Positions 30,901 through 38,871 of a DNA stretch of 64,000 bases are shown here, one piece after another. Below the pieces are notes generated by a model that did not search any database, was not told the origin of the DNA, and saw only the letters and a program-made list of their open reading frames with translations. The translations under genes and the position numbers were made by a program. How positions within the stretch are numbered: the first letter of the stretch is position 1; every line of letters starts with the position of its first letter. The stretch is taken from IMG/VR virus record IMGVR_UViG_3300017766_002493, positions 1 through 64,000 of that record. One strand, written 5' to 3'. This DNA comes from a virus.

Positions 30901-31209
30901 TTGAGATGGTTCATATCCTTCTGGACACACACAACCTCCACCACAAGTTTGACAATCAGAATCTTGGCAATTATCTTGTAAAGTAAAATCTTCAATAGGA
31001 GGAACAAGATTATAACCATTAACTGTGGTATCTGTATTTACTGTATAAGTATAACATTGACCACTAATTAAAAAAGGGTCTGCTCCATTATAAAGATATG
31101 TATTACCTATCGTTAGGTAACTATTAACTTGACTTGTTTGTATTTGGTATTCTATAATAGCTCCATCACAACAAGATACAAATGTTACTTTATAAAAGAA
31201 ATTAGCCAT
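27991..31209 (-). CDS. Large Cys-rich repeat structural protein with PA14-like insert
   Basis: Repeated Y.L..C...L..YVG..I...C modules; two CP.GY EGF-like segments flank NNGLRIFVDD...LPAGYHSVRVE (PA14-like). Confidence 0.55.
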   Translation of the reverse strand: MANFFYKVTFVSCCDGAIIEYQIQTSQVNSYLTIGNTYLYNGADPFLISGQCYTYTVNTDTTVNGYNLVPPIEDFTLQDNCQDSDCQTCGGGCVCPEGYEPSQDGTSCIKTEFISAISPSSPLFCGNNVSYDPQYGIVNYGSLNNYIWPLLTVPQSSIPASLTNMTTIPTLGSNPLTGDSWTNINPPPQGGGQHSAITTPDFTRPYPNPNPLGLPINSTSPGTTASYPYPLYQSTIVSSTLNYGQGAEVTPSDYLQIIPSPTTPANFFTGYELNNGVWNYNIGIPVEFQWAGFTACLQPEVESTYVITIVGNNGLRIFVDDVLAVEMLNGDGATQALFFVNLFEITLPAGYHSVRVECFNYAASGGLACDILECSYSQFTAITTLAEIESYRRFSTLWKRARPMTLIATGTDTVTISGGPISNSYDLQGFFDSPGFPVNAYVVEVIDSVTYRFDQNIPAGSYTGNLRFLFTAASNPIHAFTCPDGYMLTTCDGLACIKTLEAPCQEYSYYTLNDCCTNLPYEIEGEPLVLRFDGVCYDIGLCPEDLINLVITSISNESGIDITGCLKLVEITDNIPEQTTNFSTVIQEVETVATCADCVVNYRLVFCDPTIPSIDTFTDLSTVVGQNILIEVNGIQRCVTVEQTNNCDNLVEVITQLETCSCEKCYVLTNCILEGVPPIIVTNDLAQYVGDTIYLCADNFPSNPTPPTDPGVPFSIPGDSPIYKGKLINCCDSTDVRYVTNNFQGYLSVGVLVIPNIDGPSGGSTKCWTYEKTEEQGQPYYFADLTGAKYYQNCTVCNQQNPCTIYPEIGECYCYEVQESETCDGALTLTLPAIIESFDDCLECKTQKIPECYLIVDCEDDQNTLLIKNNLSAYVGKVIKIQYCDTCWTVLPPIQNCNGSIDAVIIASFDTCVECLPPPPEPESKLIPRRIPPGYTTPGCPPEYTERVNCAFAKQALDKMSAIRYGINSCCEEDFDSQDIKKRLLDLKAINTATSELLPLICKCYRLQVTSGTVEFKYISCDGQLTYVTLGEDEELSLLKVCAQTYPRPVCPEAGVVYSVIVENNCVDGTCL

Positions 31210-31215
31210 TAATCT

Positions 31216-31419
31216 TTATTTTTTAAAAATACTACCGCTTGATGATACATTAGATGGTGCTATTGTATTATTTCCTGGTAGATTAGTGTTAGCATTTTTA
31301 CGTGTTTTAAGTTGTGTCTCATAAGCATTGATGCAAGATGCACAGCAACTTTTTCCGTCTGAAGCTGTTCTTTTATTACAGCCGCAGCCCATTTTCATTC
31401 TACAATTGTTACAAATCAT
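31216..31419 (-). CDS. Small Cys-rich, likely metal-binding protein
   Basis: CNNC..MGCGC...CCASC; AAAAACCAACCAAT leader. Confidence 0.6.
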   Translation of the reverse strand: MICNNCRMKMGCGCNKRTASDGKSCCASCINAYETQLKTRKNANTNLPGNNTIAPSNVSSSGSIFKK

Positions 31420-31438
31420 ATTGGTTGGTTTTTAAGGT

Positions 31439-31990
31439 TTAACACGATTTACAATCTAATTTATCTAACATCTTGATTGCGTAGTTGTAAAGCATCATTC
31501 CTCTATCAGGTTGATGACAATATTCTACTTTAGCTTTAGCCGCATCAAGATAAGTTTTTATTAATCTTAATCTATTCAGTTTGTCTTTCATCTCTGCAGA
31601 TGGCTCACAAGAAGGATAATCCATTTCACATAGTAAATTATTATATCTCCAAAGAGCTTGAGTGATTCTCAAGTGATTATATTCAACATATACTAATTCA
31701 TTTGGTGAAACACTATATTTTATAATATAGATTCCATCAGATAAATCCCAGTAATTAGTCCCACACTCTGTAGTTTGAACACCAAAATCACAAGCTGTTA
31801 AATTTAAAGCAAATCCTTCTTCTATTTGTGGGTATTCAAAATTTTCTGGAACTGCAAATCCTGGTAGAGTAACTTGCAATAATTGGCACTTAACATCTAA
31901 GTTTGGTGCATAGATGCTAGTATCCATAATACGCAGAATACTTTTATTCATAGTATCCGGCACCTCTAAACTTAATACATGTCTTGCCAT
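31439..31990 (-). CDS. Structural protein (possible fibre hub/adaptor)
   Basis: LSDGIYIIKYSVSP motif; first gene after a terminator, heading the appendage operon. Confidence 0.5.
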   Translation of the reverse strand: MARHVLSLEVPDTMNKSILRIMDTSIYAPNLDVKCQLLQVTLPGFAVPENFEYPQIEEGFALNLTACDFGVQTTECGTNYWDLSDGIYIIKYSVSPNELVYVEYNHLRITQALWRYNNLLCEMDYPSCEPSAEMKDKLNRLRLIKTYLDAAKAKVEYCHQPDRGMMLYNYAIKMLDKLDCKSC

Positions 31991-32013
31991 AATTTTTTTC
32001 TGCTAATATAAAC

Positions 32014-32052
32014 AAAAAAGGAGAGAAGAGTCTACACTCTACTCTCCTTTTT
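32014..32052. terminator. Intrinsic terminator, probably bidirectional
   Basis: AAAAAAGGAGAG...CTCTCCTTTTT inverted repeat with A and T tails. Confidence 0.75.
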
Positions 32053-32073
32053 ATTGTTTAATAAGTTAATTAA

Positions 32074-33645
32074 TTAATCAGGATTTGTAGGGATGATATC
32101 GCAAGGATTACAAGAATATACTACAAAAGGTTCACAGTTGCCAGCATTTTCAGCTACTTTAGTAAGGAAATCTTCTAAATCGCTAATTCTAACACTAGTG
32201 ATGATTTCTACTAAGTACTGATCATTATCAAACACACCAGTTGGGTTGTTGAAACGAGGTACATTGTGTAAGATATAGTAACGAGTATATAAAGCGTTAC
32301 GATCTACAGCATCTAAGATATCATTACCTTGAGTAATCTCCCTGATACGAATATCACTGTGCACATAGTTTTGTAAGTAAGATTGTGCTAAGATTACATC
32401 ACGTAATACTTGCTCACCAAATCCATTACCCATTAAAGCAGGACACTCAGTTACTACACAGATTCCTTCAAAAGTACAAGGATCTCCAGTGTAATCAACC
32501 ATTGATGCTAAGATTTTAACTGGTTCTTTTTCGAAGAAATCAGTGATTTGGAAAGAACATGTTAAGAACTTAGTTTCAACATATGCTCCAAATAATCTTA
32601 AACCACCACATTTATCTTCTCCGTATCCTGGTGATACGTAGTTAGTCCACCATTGTGATGCAGATACAGATGCTCCTAATGGATCTTCAGTAGTTCCTGG
32701 AGCATACCAAGCATTACCATCCTGATCATAAACAACCGGGAAGATGAATGGATTGATATATTGATTTTCTTTTAATCTCTCAGCCCACTTAATAAACACT
32801 AAAGTAGAATCTACCGGAGTTGGAGTAGGACCTTCGCAACATCCTGTGTAAGCATCAAGTGTTTGGTAAGCGTTGTGATTTAAGTAACGCAAAGCAGGAG
32901 AACCTTTAACATCAATTCTTAAGTAGTAAGTCTCACCGCATAAGAACTGATAGCAGCAACCTGCAGCTTGACCTGCAACAGTAATTTCTACTGTAGCTGG
33001 AATAACTGGTGCTGCGCCACCATTACCTTGTAAATCAGCTGTTAAAGTATCACCATTAGCGTAACCTGTTCCTTCATCTACTAATGTAAATGAAACAACT
33101 TCACCATCAGATACTATAAAGTTACCAGTAGCACCTGAACCTGATCCGCCAGTTAAAGCTACATCATTATAGGAACCATCTAATAAATTTGCACCATCAT
33201 TATCTAAAACTGCTGTAATAGCTTGATCATCAGTATAAGGAGTGTTTCCAACAGAAACAACTGCTTGTTGAGGAGTACATGCTTCTACACCATAAACTTG
33301 GCTAACATACTTAGGATTGATTACCTTAGATTTGTTAGACTCTTGGTATCCACCATGGAAAGGACCAATCTTGTCTCTTCTTAAAAGAGAAGATCCTGCA
33401 ATCATAAATGGACAATCTGCAGCATTATCTGTAACATAAGTTTTAGGATTAATAATTCCAATGTAACCTTGATAAGATCCACCTGGTGTAGAGTATCCCA
33501 TTGTAGCAATATAGCTAGAAGGAACATTTTTAGTAATAATAAAACCGTAATCCGTTTCTGGATTTTGAGCATTTGGAGCTACCGGTGTTAATGTTGGCCC
33601 GTTGGCCAAGAAGCGTTTTGTAAACGCGTGATTAAAATAAGCCAT
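32074..33645 (-). CDS. Virion structural protein (possible auxiliary capsid protein)
   Basis: 523 aa in the capsid operon; contains a LTGGSGSGATG...GTGY insert. Confidence 0.5.
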   Translation of the reverse strand: MAYFNHAFTKRFLANGPTLTPVAPNAQNPETDYGFIITKNVPSSYIATMGYSTPGGSYQGYIGIINPKTYVTDNAADCPFMIAGSSLLRRDKIGPFHGGYQESNKSKVINPKYVSQVYGVEACTPQQAVVSVGNTPYTDDQAITAVLDNDGANLLDGSYNDVALTGGSGSGATGNFIVSDGEVVSFTLVDEGTGYANGDTLTADLQGNGGAAPVIPATVEITVAGQAAGCCYQFLCGETYYLRIDVKGSPALRYLNHNAYQTLDAYTGCCEGPTPTPVDSTLVFIKWAERLKENQYINPFIFPVVYDQDGNAWYAPGTTEDPLGASVSASQWWTNYVSPGYGEDKCGGLRLFGAYVETKFLTCSFQITDFFEKEPVKILASMVDYTGDPCTFEGICVVTECPALMGNGFGEQVLRDVILAQSYLQNYVHSDIRIREITQGNDILDAVDRNALYTRYYILHNVPRFNNPTGVFDNDQYLVEIITSVRISDLEDFLTKVAENAGNCEPFVVYSCNPCDIIPTNPD

Positions 33646-33714
33646 TGTTTTTTGTTTTTGGGTTTATAAATAAATAATGTCTAAAAATAATATTATAAAT
33701 AAAAAAATGCAAAT

Positions 33715-34155
33715 TTATTTTAAGAAAAGTAACTTATACTTACCAGAATTTATAGTGCTCTTAATAGTGTCTAGGTCATTTACTATTTCACTATAAGGCA
33801 TCTTAGCTTGTAAGTTAGATACCATCTGAGTTATCTCTCTAAGATAAGCGACAGCATCAGCTACTGATCCTAATTGTCTTGGAGCTACATCTTTATATTC
33901 TAATAATTTTTCTGAGGCTCCTTGAAATGCTTCTGCTAAATCATCAGCATGTCCCGGTAAAGCATCATATAATTCATTCAAAGCTTTGTGTGCAGCATAT
34001 GATCCTGCACCAGTTACTTTAAGGTGTAACTTATGAATAGATGTTGCAGCATTCATAAGCTCAGATACGCAAGCACTTACCATAGTATCTAATCCACCAC
34101 TAGCAGGGGCACTGTATTCTGCATTTGTTCTTTGTAATAATCTTGGCTTTTCCAT
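33715..34155 (-). CDS. Ferritin/Dps-like four-helix bundle protein
   Basis: HKLHLKV..GSYAAHKALNELYD.L...ADDLAEAFQG matches the ferritin/Dps-like metal-ligand pattern. Confidence 0.75.
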   Translation of the reverse strand: MEKPRLLQRTNAEYSAPASGGLDTMVSACVSELMNAATSIHKLHLKVTGAGSYAAHKALNELYDALPGHADDLAEAFQGASEKLLEYKDVAPRQLGSVADAVAYLREITQMVSNLQAKMPYSEIVNDLDTIKSTINSGKYKLLFLK

Positions 34156-34163
34156 TATATAAA

Positions 34164-34868
34164 TTAGTTATTTCCTTCTACTGATTGTTGAGCTCTAGTA
34201 TATTGATTCATTGATTCAATATCACCAGCTAAAATTTTAACAGCCTCATCTACAAATAACTCTACTAAGTCATCTTTAAACTCGCATTCTACTTCTTGAG
34301 TAGATGCTAATTGTGTATAAGGATCTACACAGTTTAGTATTTGTATTCTTACAGGTTGTCTATAATATGTTAAGACAACATCTTGAACTTCAAACTTGTT
34401 GTCAGTGTATATTCTAAATTTATTATCAATTAATGTTACAAAAGTTTCTGCCCATTCAAAGCTTGGTTGTTTGTTCTTATCCCTGAGTAGTTCATCCACA
34501 TTAGCTTCTTCTGCCAAGTAGATAACCATCCGGCGAGGATCTTCACAACAATTATTTTTAGATTTAGCAGATACTCTTTTCCATTCTAAATAATTTGTTG
34601 GTAAAACTGATGATTCATAATACAATTGTTTGTTACTCATGGTTATAGTTTGTGTAACCATAAGCTTTTGCAAGTCATCAATTCTTCTTTTGGATTGTTC
34701 ATCACCTTCTTGCTTCTGGTTAATACCATGCAAGTTACGGCGACACCACTCAACCATACCCTTATTAAAAGCTTCAACAACTTGCCAACATTCTATATTA
34801 TCATAGTCATTACTAGCAAGCTTATTAAGCCTTTGTTTTATTTTAAGATATATGGTTTGATTGTTCAT
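34164..34868 (-). CDS. Head-tail connector/ring protein
   Basis: KLASNDY...EQSKRRIDDLQKL...LTYYRQP; conserved position downstream of the MCP in crAss-like phages. Confidence 0.6.
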   Translation of the reverse strand: MNNQTIYLKIKQRLNKLASNDYDNIECWQVVEAFNKGMVEWCRRNLHGINQKQEGDEQSKRRIDDLQKLMVTQTITMSNKQLYYESSVLPTNYLEWKRVSAKSKNNCCEDPRRMVIYLAEEANVDELLRDKNKQPSFEWAETFVTLIDNKFRIYTDNKFEVQDVVLTYYRQPVRIQILNCVDPYTQLASTQEVECEFKDDLVELFVDEAVKILAGDIESMNQYTRAQQSVEGNN

Positions 34869-35032
34869 TATCCTTTAACTTTTTTCAAATTTGGGTTTGC
34901 TTTCTTAGCCGCTGGTGAAGCTTTTCTAGTAGAAGAGGCTAAGATAGCTCCTGCTGCTTTCATACTAACACCTGATTTTTTTGCAATACTTTTTTGAGCT
35001 GCTTTAAAGCCCATTCCTTTTTTTGCTGCCAT
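34868..35032 (-). CDS. Basic micro-protein (54 aa)
   Basis: Hand translation MAAKKGMGFKAAQKSIAKKSGVSMKAAGAILASSTRKASPAAKKANPNLKKVKG; fills the gap, stop overlaps the next ATG. Confidence 0.7.
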   Translation of the reverse strand: MAAKKGMGFKAAQKSIAKKSGVSMKAAGAILASSTRKASPAAKKANPNLKKVKG

Positions 35033-35035
35033 GTT

Positions 35036-35284
35036 TTAACATTTCCACTTTCTAAGTGATTTATTAATTCTACTATCTGGATCTCTGGCTGTTTTAGCAC
35101 TAGTTAATTTCTTCTTCATCCCTTCCATTCTAGCACAAAAAGATTTTTTTCTAGGTCCTCCTTCTGGTTGTGGAGCTTTTAAGTTTCCACCAGTTTCTCT
35201 ATTATAAGAAGCTCTACCTTTAGCATTAAGTCCACCACTTGGTGACTTACCTGCTTTTTTTTGCCATGCTGGAGACTTTGCCAT
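35036..35284 (-). CDS. Basic small protein of a widespread phage family (DUF6321-like, from memory)
   Basis: MAKSPAWQ...GGLNAKGRASY...SFCARM...SRINKSLRKWKC. Confidence 0.7.
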   Translation of the reverse strand: MAKSPAWQKKAGKSPSGGLNAKGRASYNRETGGNLKAPQPEGGPRKKSFCARMEGMKKKLTSAKTARDPDSRINKSLRKWKC

Positions 35285-35285
35285 A

Positions 35286-35435
35286 TTATTTTTTCTTAGC
35301 TGTTTTAGCAGAATTAATAAAATCTTTTTTACTAGGAGCTCCCTTGCTACCTGGCTTACGCATTTTCTCGCCGGAGCCCGCAGCTATGCGAGCTCTCTTA
35401 GCGTGAATATTATCATACAGACCTTTCTTAGCCAT
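35286..35435 (-). CDS. Basic micro-protein (49 aa)
   Basis: Hand translation MAKKGLYDNIHAKRARIAAGSGEKMRKPGSKGAPSKKDFINSAKTAKKK; tight packing. Confidence 0.7.
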   Translation of the reverse strand: MAKKGLYDNIHAKRARIAAGSGEKMRKPGSKGAPSKKDFINSAKTAKKK

Positions 35436-35438
35436 TGC

Positions 35439-35567
35439 TTAGCAAGCTTTACCGCCCATCTTCTTTTTAGGCACAGCACCTTTTGGAGGTGTGCTTGTAC
35501 CACCAACTTTCCCTGTTGGCTTTTTTACAACTGTAGCTGTAGCATTTTTTTTAACTGCTTTTTTCAT
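35439..35567 (-). CDS. Basic micro-protein (42 aa)
   Basis: Hand translation MKKAVKKNATATVVKKPTGKVGGTSTPPKGAVPKKKMGGKAC; 2-3 nt spacing to neighbours. Confidence 0.6.
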   Translation of the reverse strand: MKKAVKKNATATVVKKPTGKVGGTSTPPKGAVPKKKMGGKAC

Positions 35568-35569
35568 GG

Positions 35570-35767
35570 TTATAAAGATTTAGGATTAGTATTAGCCGGA
35601 GCATTTTTTCCACCTTTGTATTGGGTTGGATTAGTCACTACAGTAGGGTAAGAATTTTTACCACCGGTGTAGCGAGTAGGATTCTTAACTACTTCTGGAT
35701 AAGAATTCATCCCACCTTTGTATTGTGTAGGATTTTTTACTACTTCTGGGTATTCGTTTTTTGCCAT
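35570..35767 (-). CDS. Micro-protein made of three 17-aa tandem repeats
   Basis: N(E/S)YP(E/T)VV(K/T)NPT(Q/R)Y(K/T)GG x3, a 51-bp tandem repeat. Confidence 0.7.
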   Translation of the reverse strand: MAKNEYPEVVKNPTQYKGGMNSYPEVVKNPTRYTGGKNSYPTVVTNPTQYKGGKNAPANTNPKSL

Positions 35768-35769
35768 AA

Positions 35770-36039
35770 TTATTTATTTTTTGCTTTTGTCATTCTTACT
35801 GCGCGACCTGGTGTTAGATAATCCTTTGCTGCTGCTATATCTTTTTCCATTGATTTAAATTTTTTAGGATTAATATTTTTTATCGCTTCTGCCTTTGCTA
35901 ATAGATTTGTATAATAATGTGTACTGTCTTGTCCTGTTTGAACAGGTCCGATATTTCCACCATCATTAAAATATTTAATAACACCCATGTTACGCGCATC
36001 TAGGTTTTTAGAATCAGCTTTTTTATTTAAGTTTTTCAT
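35770..36039 (-). CDS. Small basic hypothetical protein
   Basis: ORF in the packed operon; DSTHYY motif. Confidence 0.55.
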   Translation of the reverse strand: MKNLNKKADSKNLDARNMGVIKYFNDGGNIGPVQTGQDSTHYYTNLLAKAEAIKNINPKKFKSMEKDIAAAKDYLTPGRAVRMTKAKNK

Positions 36040-36058
36040 TGCTTATTTTTTATGGTTT

Positions 36059-37084
36059 TTATTTTTTCCAATAAGTTTCTATTCTTGTTAATAGTTCTCC
36101 AAGGATCTTATCATTTAAAGGATTCTTTAGATACTCTATACACTCTGATGAGTTACGACCCATCATAGATTGTGAAGCCATATGATAAATCATGCCATCA
36201 GATTTTGTGGCTATTAATTTATAGAAGTTAGCATCTTTAACCAAAGCTCTTAACTTAAGACTTTCAACATCTTGTTCACAAGCTTCTAAGAAAGTTTCAG
36301 CTGCTCTTCTTAAATTAGTCTCAACACCTTCACCTGTTATATATTTATCCATGTTGTCATAGATAACATCTAGAGGTGTAGATTTTTTATATTGAGCACT
36401 GTTGCCATCAACAACTTTTGCAACATACATAAGCTTACTTGGATTCTTTTTAAATATAGCTTCGAGTTCAGATAAAGCTTTATTTCTAAGTTTCTTAACT
36501 TCTGTTTTAGTAGCAATTGTTGTAACAGCTTTATCTAAATAAAACTTAGGTGATACAGCTCTGCTTCTAGCATCTTCATAGCTTTTAGCTACGATAGAAA
36601 ATCCACCAGCTTCAATAGCATATAATTTAATTAAATCATATGAGTTAGCTTCAGGATCTAGAGGCACAGGCTGATTACCACATCTTACAGTAATCTTGCT
36701 CCAAAAACTTTCATTACTTGGAGATAACAATTTTACTTTGTTCCAAAAATCTGGATCTTTAGGATCTAAGATATTTGTTGCTAATTCTGCTTCTAGTTTA
36801 GCTACAACTTTATTAATCTCACTAATTCTAGCTTCTCTTTTCTCAGGATCTTGAATTAACTTTACATCTGGAGCAAAAGGATTAAGACCAGTAATGTATC
36901 TTATAATTCCATTGTTTTCTACACAAGCTAATTGCTCTTCATGAAATACGCCATCAAAAAGCGCTATTCCATAGTTTTGCAATCCTAGGTTATCTACATT
37001 AGGATCAAAGAACGGTTTAATTGTAATCTTACCTTTTTCAGATACGGTAGGTATTTCTACCATTGTCATGTTTGTTTTACTCAT
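36059..37084 (-). CDS. Conserved crAss-like capsid-operon protein directly downstream of the MCP
   Basis: 341 aa; synteny; C-terminal IEYLKNPLN. Confidence 0.6.
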   Translation of the reverse strand: MSKTNMTMVEIPTVSEKGKITIKPFFDPNVDNLGLQNYGIALFDGVFHEEQLACVENNGIIRYITGLNPFAPDVKLIQDPEKREARISEINKVVAKLEAELATNILDPKDPDFWNKVKLLSPSNESFWSKITVRCGNQPVPLDPEANSYDLIKLYAIEAGGFSIVAKSYEDARSRAVSPKFYLDKAVTTIATKTEVKKLRNKALSELEAIFKKNPSKLMYVAKVVDGNSAQYKKSTPLDVIYDNMDKYITGEGVETNLRRAAETFLEACEQDVESLKLRALVKDANFYKLIATKSDGMIYHMASQSMMGRNSSECIEYLKNPLNDKILGELLTRIETYWKK

Positions 37085-37106
37085 TTTGTTGGTTTTTGTT
37101 GGTTTA

Positions 37107-37212
37107 GGGTGACTTGTACCTAGATCAGGTTATGAACCTACTTGCCTAAAGCAACATCTAGGTGATGGCACTTTGGAGGGGAGAATGGGATTGGTCTCCC
37201 CCCGAGTGCTAA
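37107..37212 (-). other. Structured intergenic RNA element (hairpin plus three-way junction)
   Basis: GCACT/AGTGC and GGGGAGA/TCTCCCC stem, then ACCTAGAT/ATCTAGGT enclosing two small hairpins. Confidence 0.55.
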
Positions 37213-37215
37213 TGG

Positions 37216-38841
37216 TTAGAATGATCCACCTGTGATTGGGTTTCTCATTACAATTTTCAATACCTTGGTAGGATCTTTTACCCAGATAGCAGGCATGGTC
37301 TGTGTCATATAAACACGGTATCCATTAAACTGACCAACTGAAGCAAAACCTTGTGTACGGCCCATGTAATCCATAGTACCGTTTTGATACCACCATTTCA
37401 ATTGGTTATCCCAAGATAACTTCAACATGAAGATGTTGTCATTTCCTGTATCAGTGATATCGAAAATGATGAAGCTATAAGATGATAAAGGATTACCATC
37501 AATGATTGGGTTCTCAATATCATTGGTATGTAAGTTATCAAAAGCAGGGTTCAATACAAACTTCACATTTGCTAAGAATGGAATCACATAAGATGTGAAA
37601 GCAAATCCGAAGTTCAAATCCATACCTTGACCAGAGATAGCTCCGATACCATTGTTAGATGCAGCTTGGATTACTAAACCAGAGTTAACAGCTTCACGCT
37701 TGATAGCTTCGTTTACTAATCTCATACCACCCATACCTGTTTGAACAATTAATTGTCTCTTAGGATCTGGACCTTGGAATTCCACACGACCAGCGTAGAA
37801 GTTATATAACTCAGCGCGGAACAATTCAAGTGAGAAACCTGATTTGTTGTATACGCGTTTGAAAGAGTTATCCAATTGTTTCCATAAACCTACTGATAAA
37901 CGGATATCATCTGGACCATCTTGCTTAACGCGACCACCATGACCCCACATTAAGTAAGTCTCAATATCTTGAGCTACCTTAGTTAAGTGAGCTGCTTCCA
38001 TAGTTGTCATAAAGGTACGAGTTAAAGTACCATTACCCATAGCACGCTTAACATAATCTTTACCCATTTTAGCAACCATATCTTCAATCTTAGAGATTGA
38101 TGGATCCATTGTTTTATCAAAGTTTCTCCAGATCTCAGTTACAGGTACTGTGCCATCAGCATTCATACCACCACGAGTCATTAAATCAGCACGAGAAGAT
38201 ACTGAATAGTGAACATGTGCTTCAGCTCCACCTACGAAGTTATAGAACTCGCGGAAACCAGCACGTGTTGCGATATCAGAGAATCTTTCGCCATACTCAC
38301 CACGAGCAGAACCTTTACGGAAGATTTTGGTTCCATTGGTTAAGTATTTGTTGTCTAAGAACTTATAGTTATCATTGTTAACTAATTGAACGGTGTAGAC
38401 AAATCCATCGCTCATTGGAAGGATATCATCAGCAGTGATATACAACTCGCAACCGTTAAACTTATCATAAGTGATGATATCACCATGACCAAATTCTCTA
38501 CGGCTGATTTTGATTTTGAAGGTTGTACCATCAATACCTTTGTTGTAGTTTTCTGGCTCAATATCTTCAATAATGAAAGGAAGATCTTGTGACACAGGAG
38601 TTTGCCATTTGTATTCACCACGCGCATTATCAACCATGATAATGTTTTTACCACCAAAAGATGATAATTGGTAAAGAGGCATTTCTACTTTTTGTGCCAT
38701 TGCCCAAATGTCTACTGGACCCATATCCATAGGTTCAGCATTTTTTAGCATACTCACTAAGTGATAAGAATCAACATGTGAACTCGCTTGATAGTTGGTA
38801 TCTCTTAGGAAAATACCATTGTTTAAAACTGGAGTGCTCAT
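37216..38841 (-). CDS. Major capsid protein
   Basis: 541 aa; portal-scaffold-MCP order; visibly higher GC and distinct codon use typical of a highly expressed gene; EYKW and C-terminal IWVKDPTK motifs as in crAss-like MCPs. Confidence 0.85.
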   Translation of the reverse strand: MSTPVLNNGIFLRDTNYQASSHVDSYHLVSMLKNAEPMDMGPVDIWAMAQKVEMPLYQLSSFGGKNIIMVDNARGEYKWQTPVSQDLPFIIEDIEPENYNKGIDGTTFKIKISRREFGHGDIITYDKFNGCELYITADDILPMSDGFVYTVQLVNNDNYKFLDNKYLTNGTKIFRKGSARGEYGERFSDIATRAGFREFYNFVGGAEAHVHYSVSSRADLMTRGGMNADGTVPVTEIWRNFDKTMDPSISKIEDMVAKMGKDYVKRAMGNGTLTRTFMTTMEAAHLTKVAQDIETYLMWGHGGRVKQDGPDDIRLSVGLWKQLDNSFKRVYNKSGFSLELFRAELYNFYAGRVEFQGPDPKRQLIVQTGMGGMRLVNEAIKREAVNSGLVIQAASNNGIGAISGQGMDLNFGFAFTSYVIPFLANVKFVLNPAFDNLHTNDIENPIIDGNPLSSYSFIIFDITDTGNDNIFMLKLSWDNQLKWWYQNGTMDYMGRTQGFASVGQFNGYRVYMTQTMPAIWVKDPTKVLKIVMRNPITGGSF

Positions 38842-38871
38842 TTTTTGTTTTTTGTTTTAGGTTGTTATTAA

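Noticed and set aside
35600-35760. CRISPR-like array
   Set aside because: Contiguous in-frame 51-bp coding repeats with no unique spacers
37118-37163. tRNA-Met gene
   Set aside because: Only an anticodon-like hairpin in a ~46-nt junction; no complete cloverleaf, T-arm or CCA end
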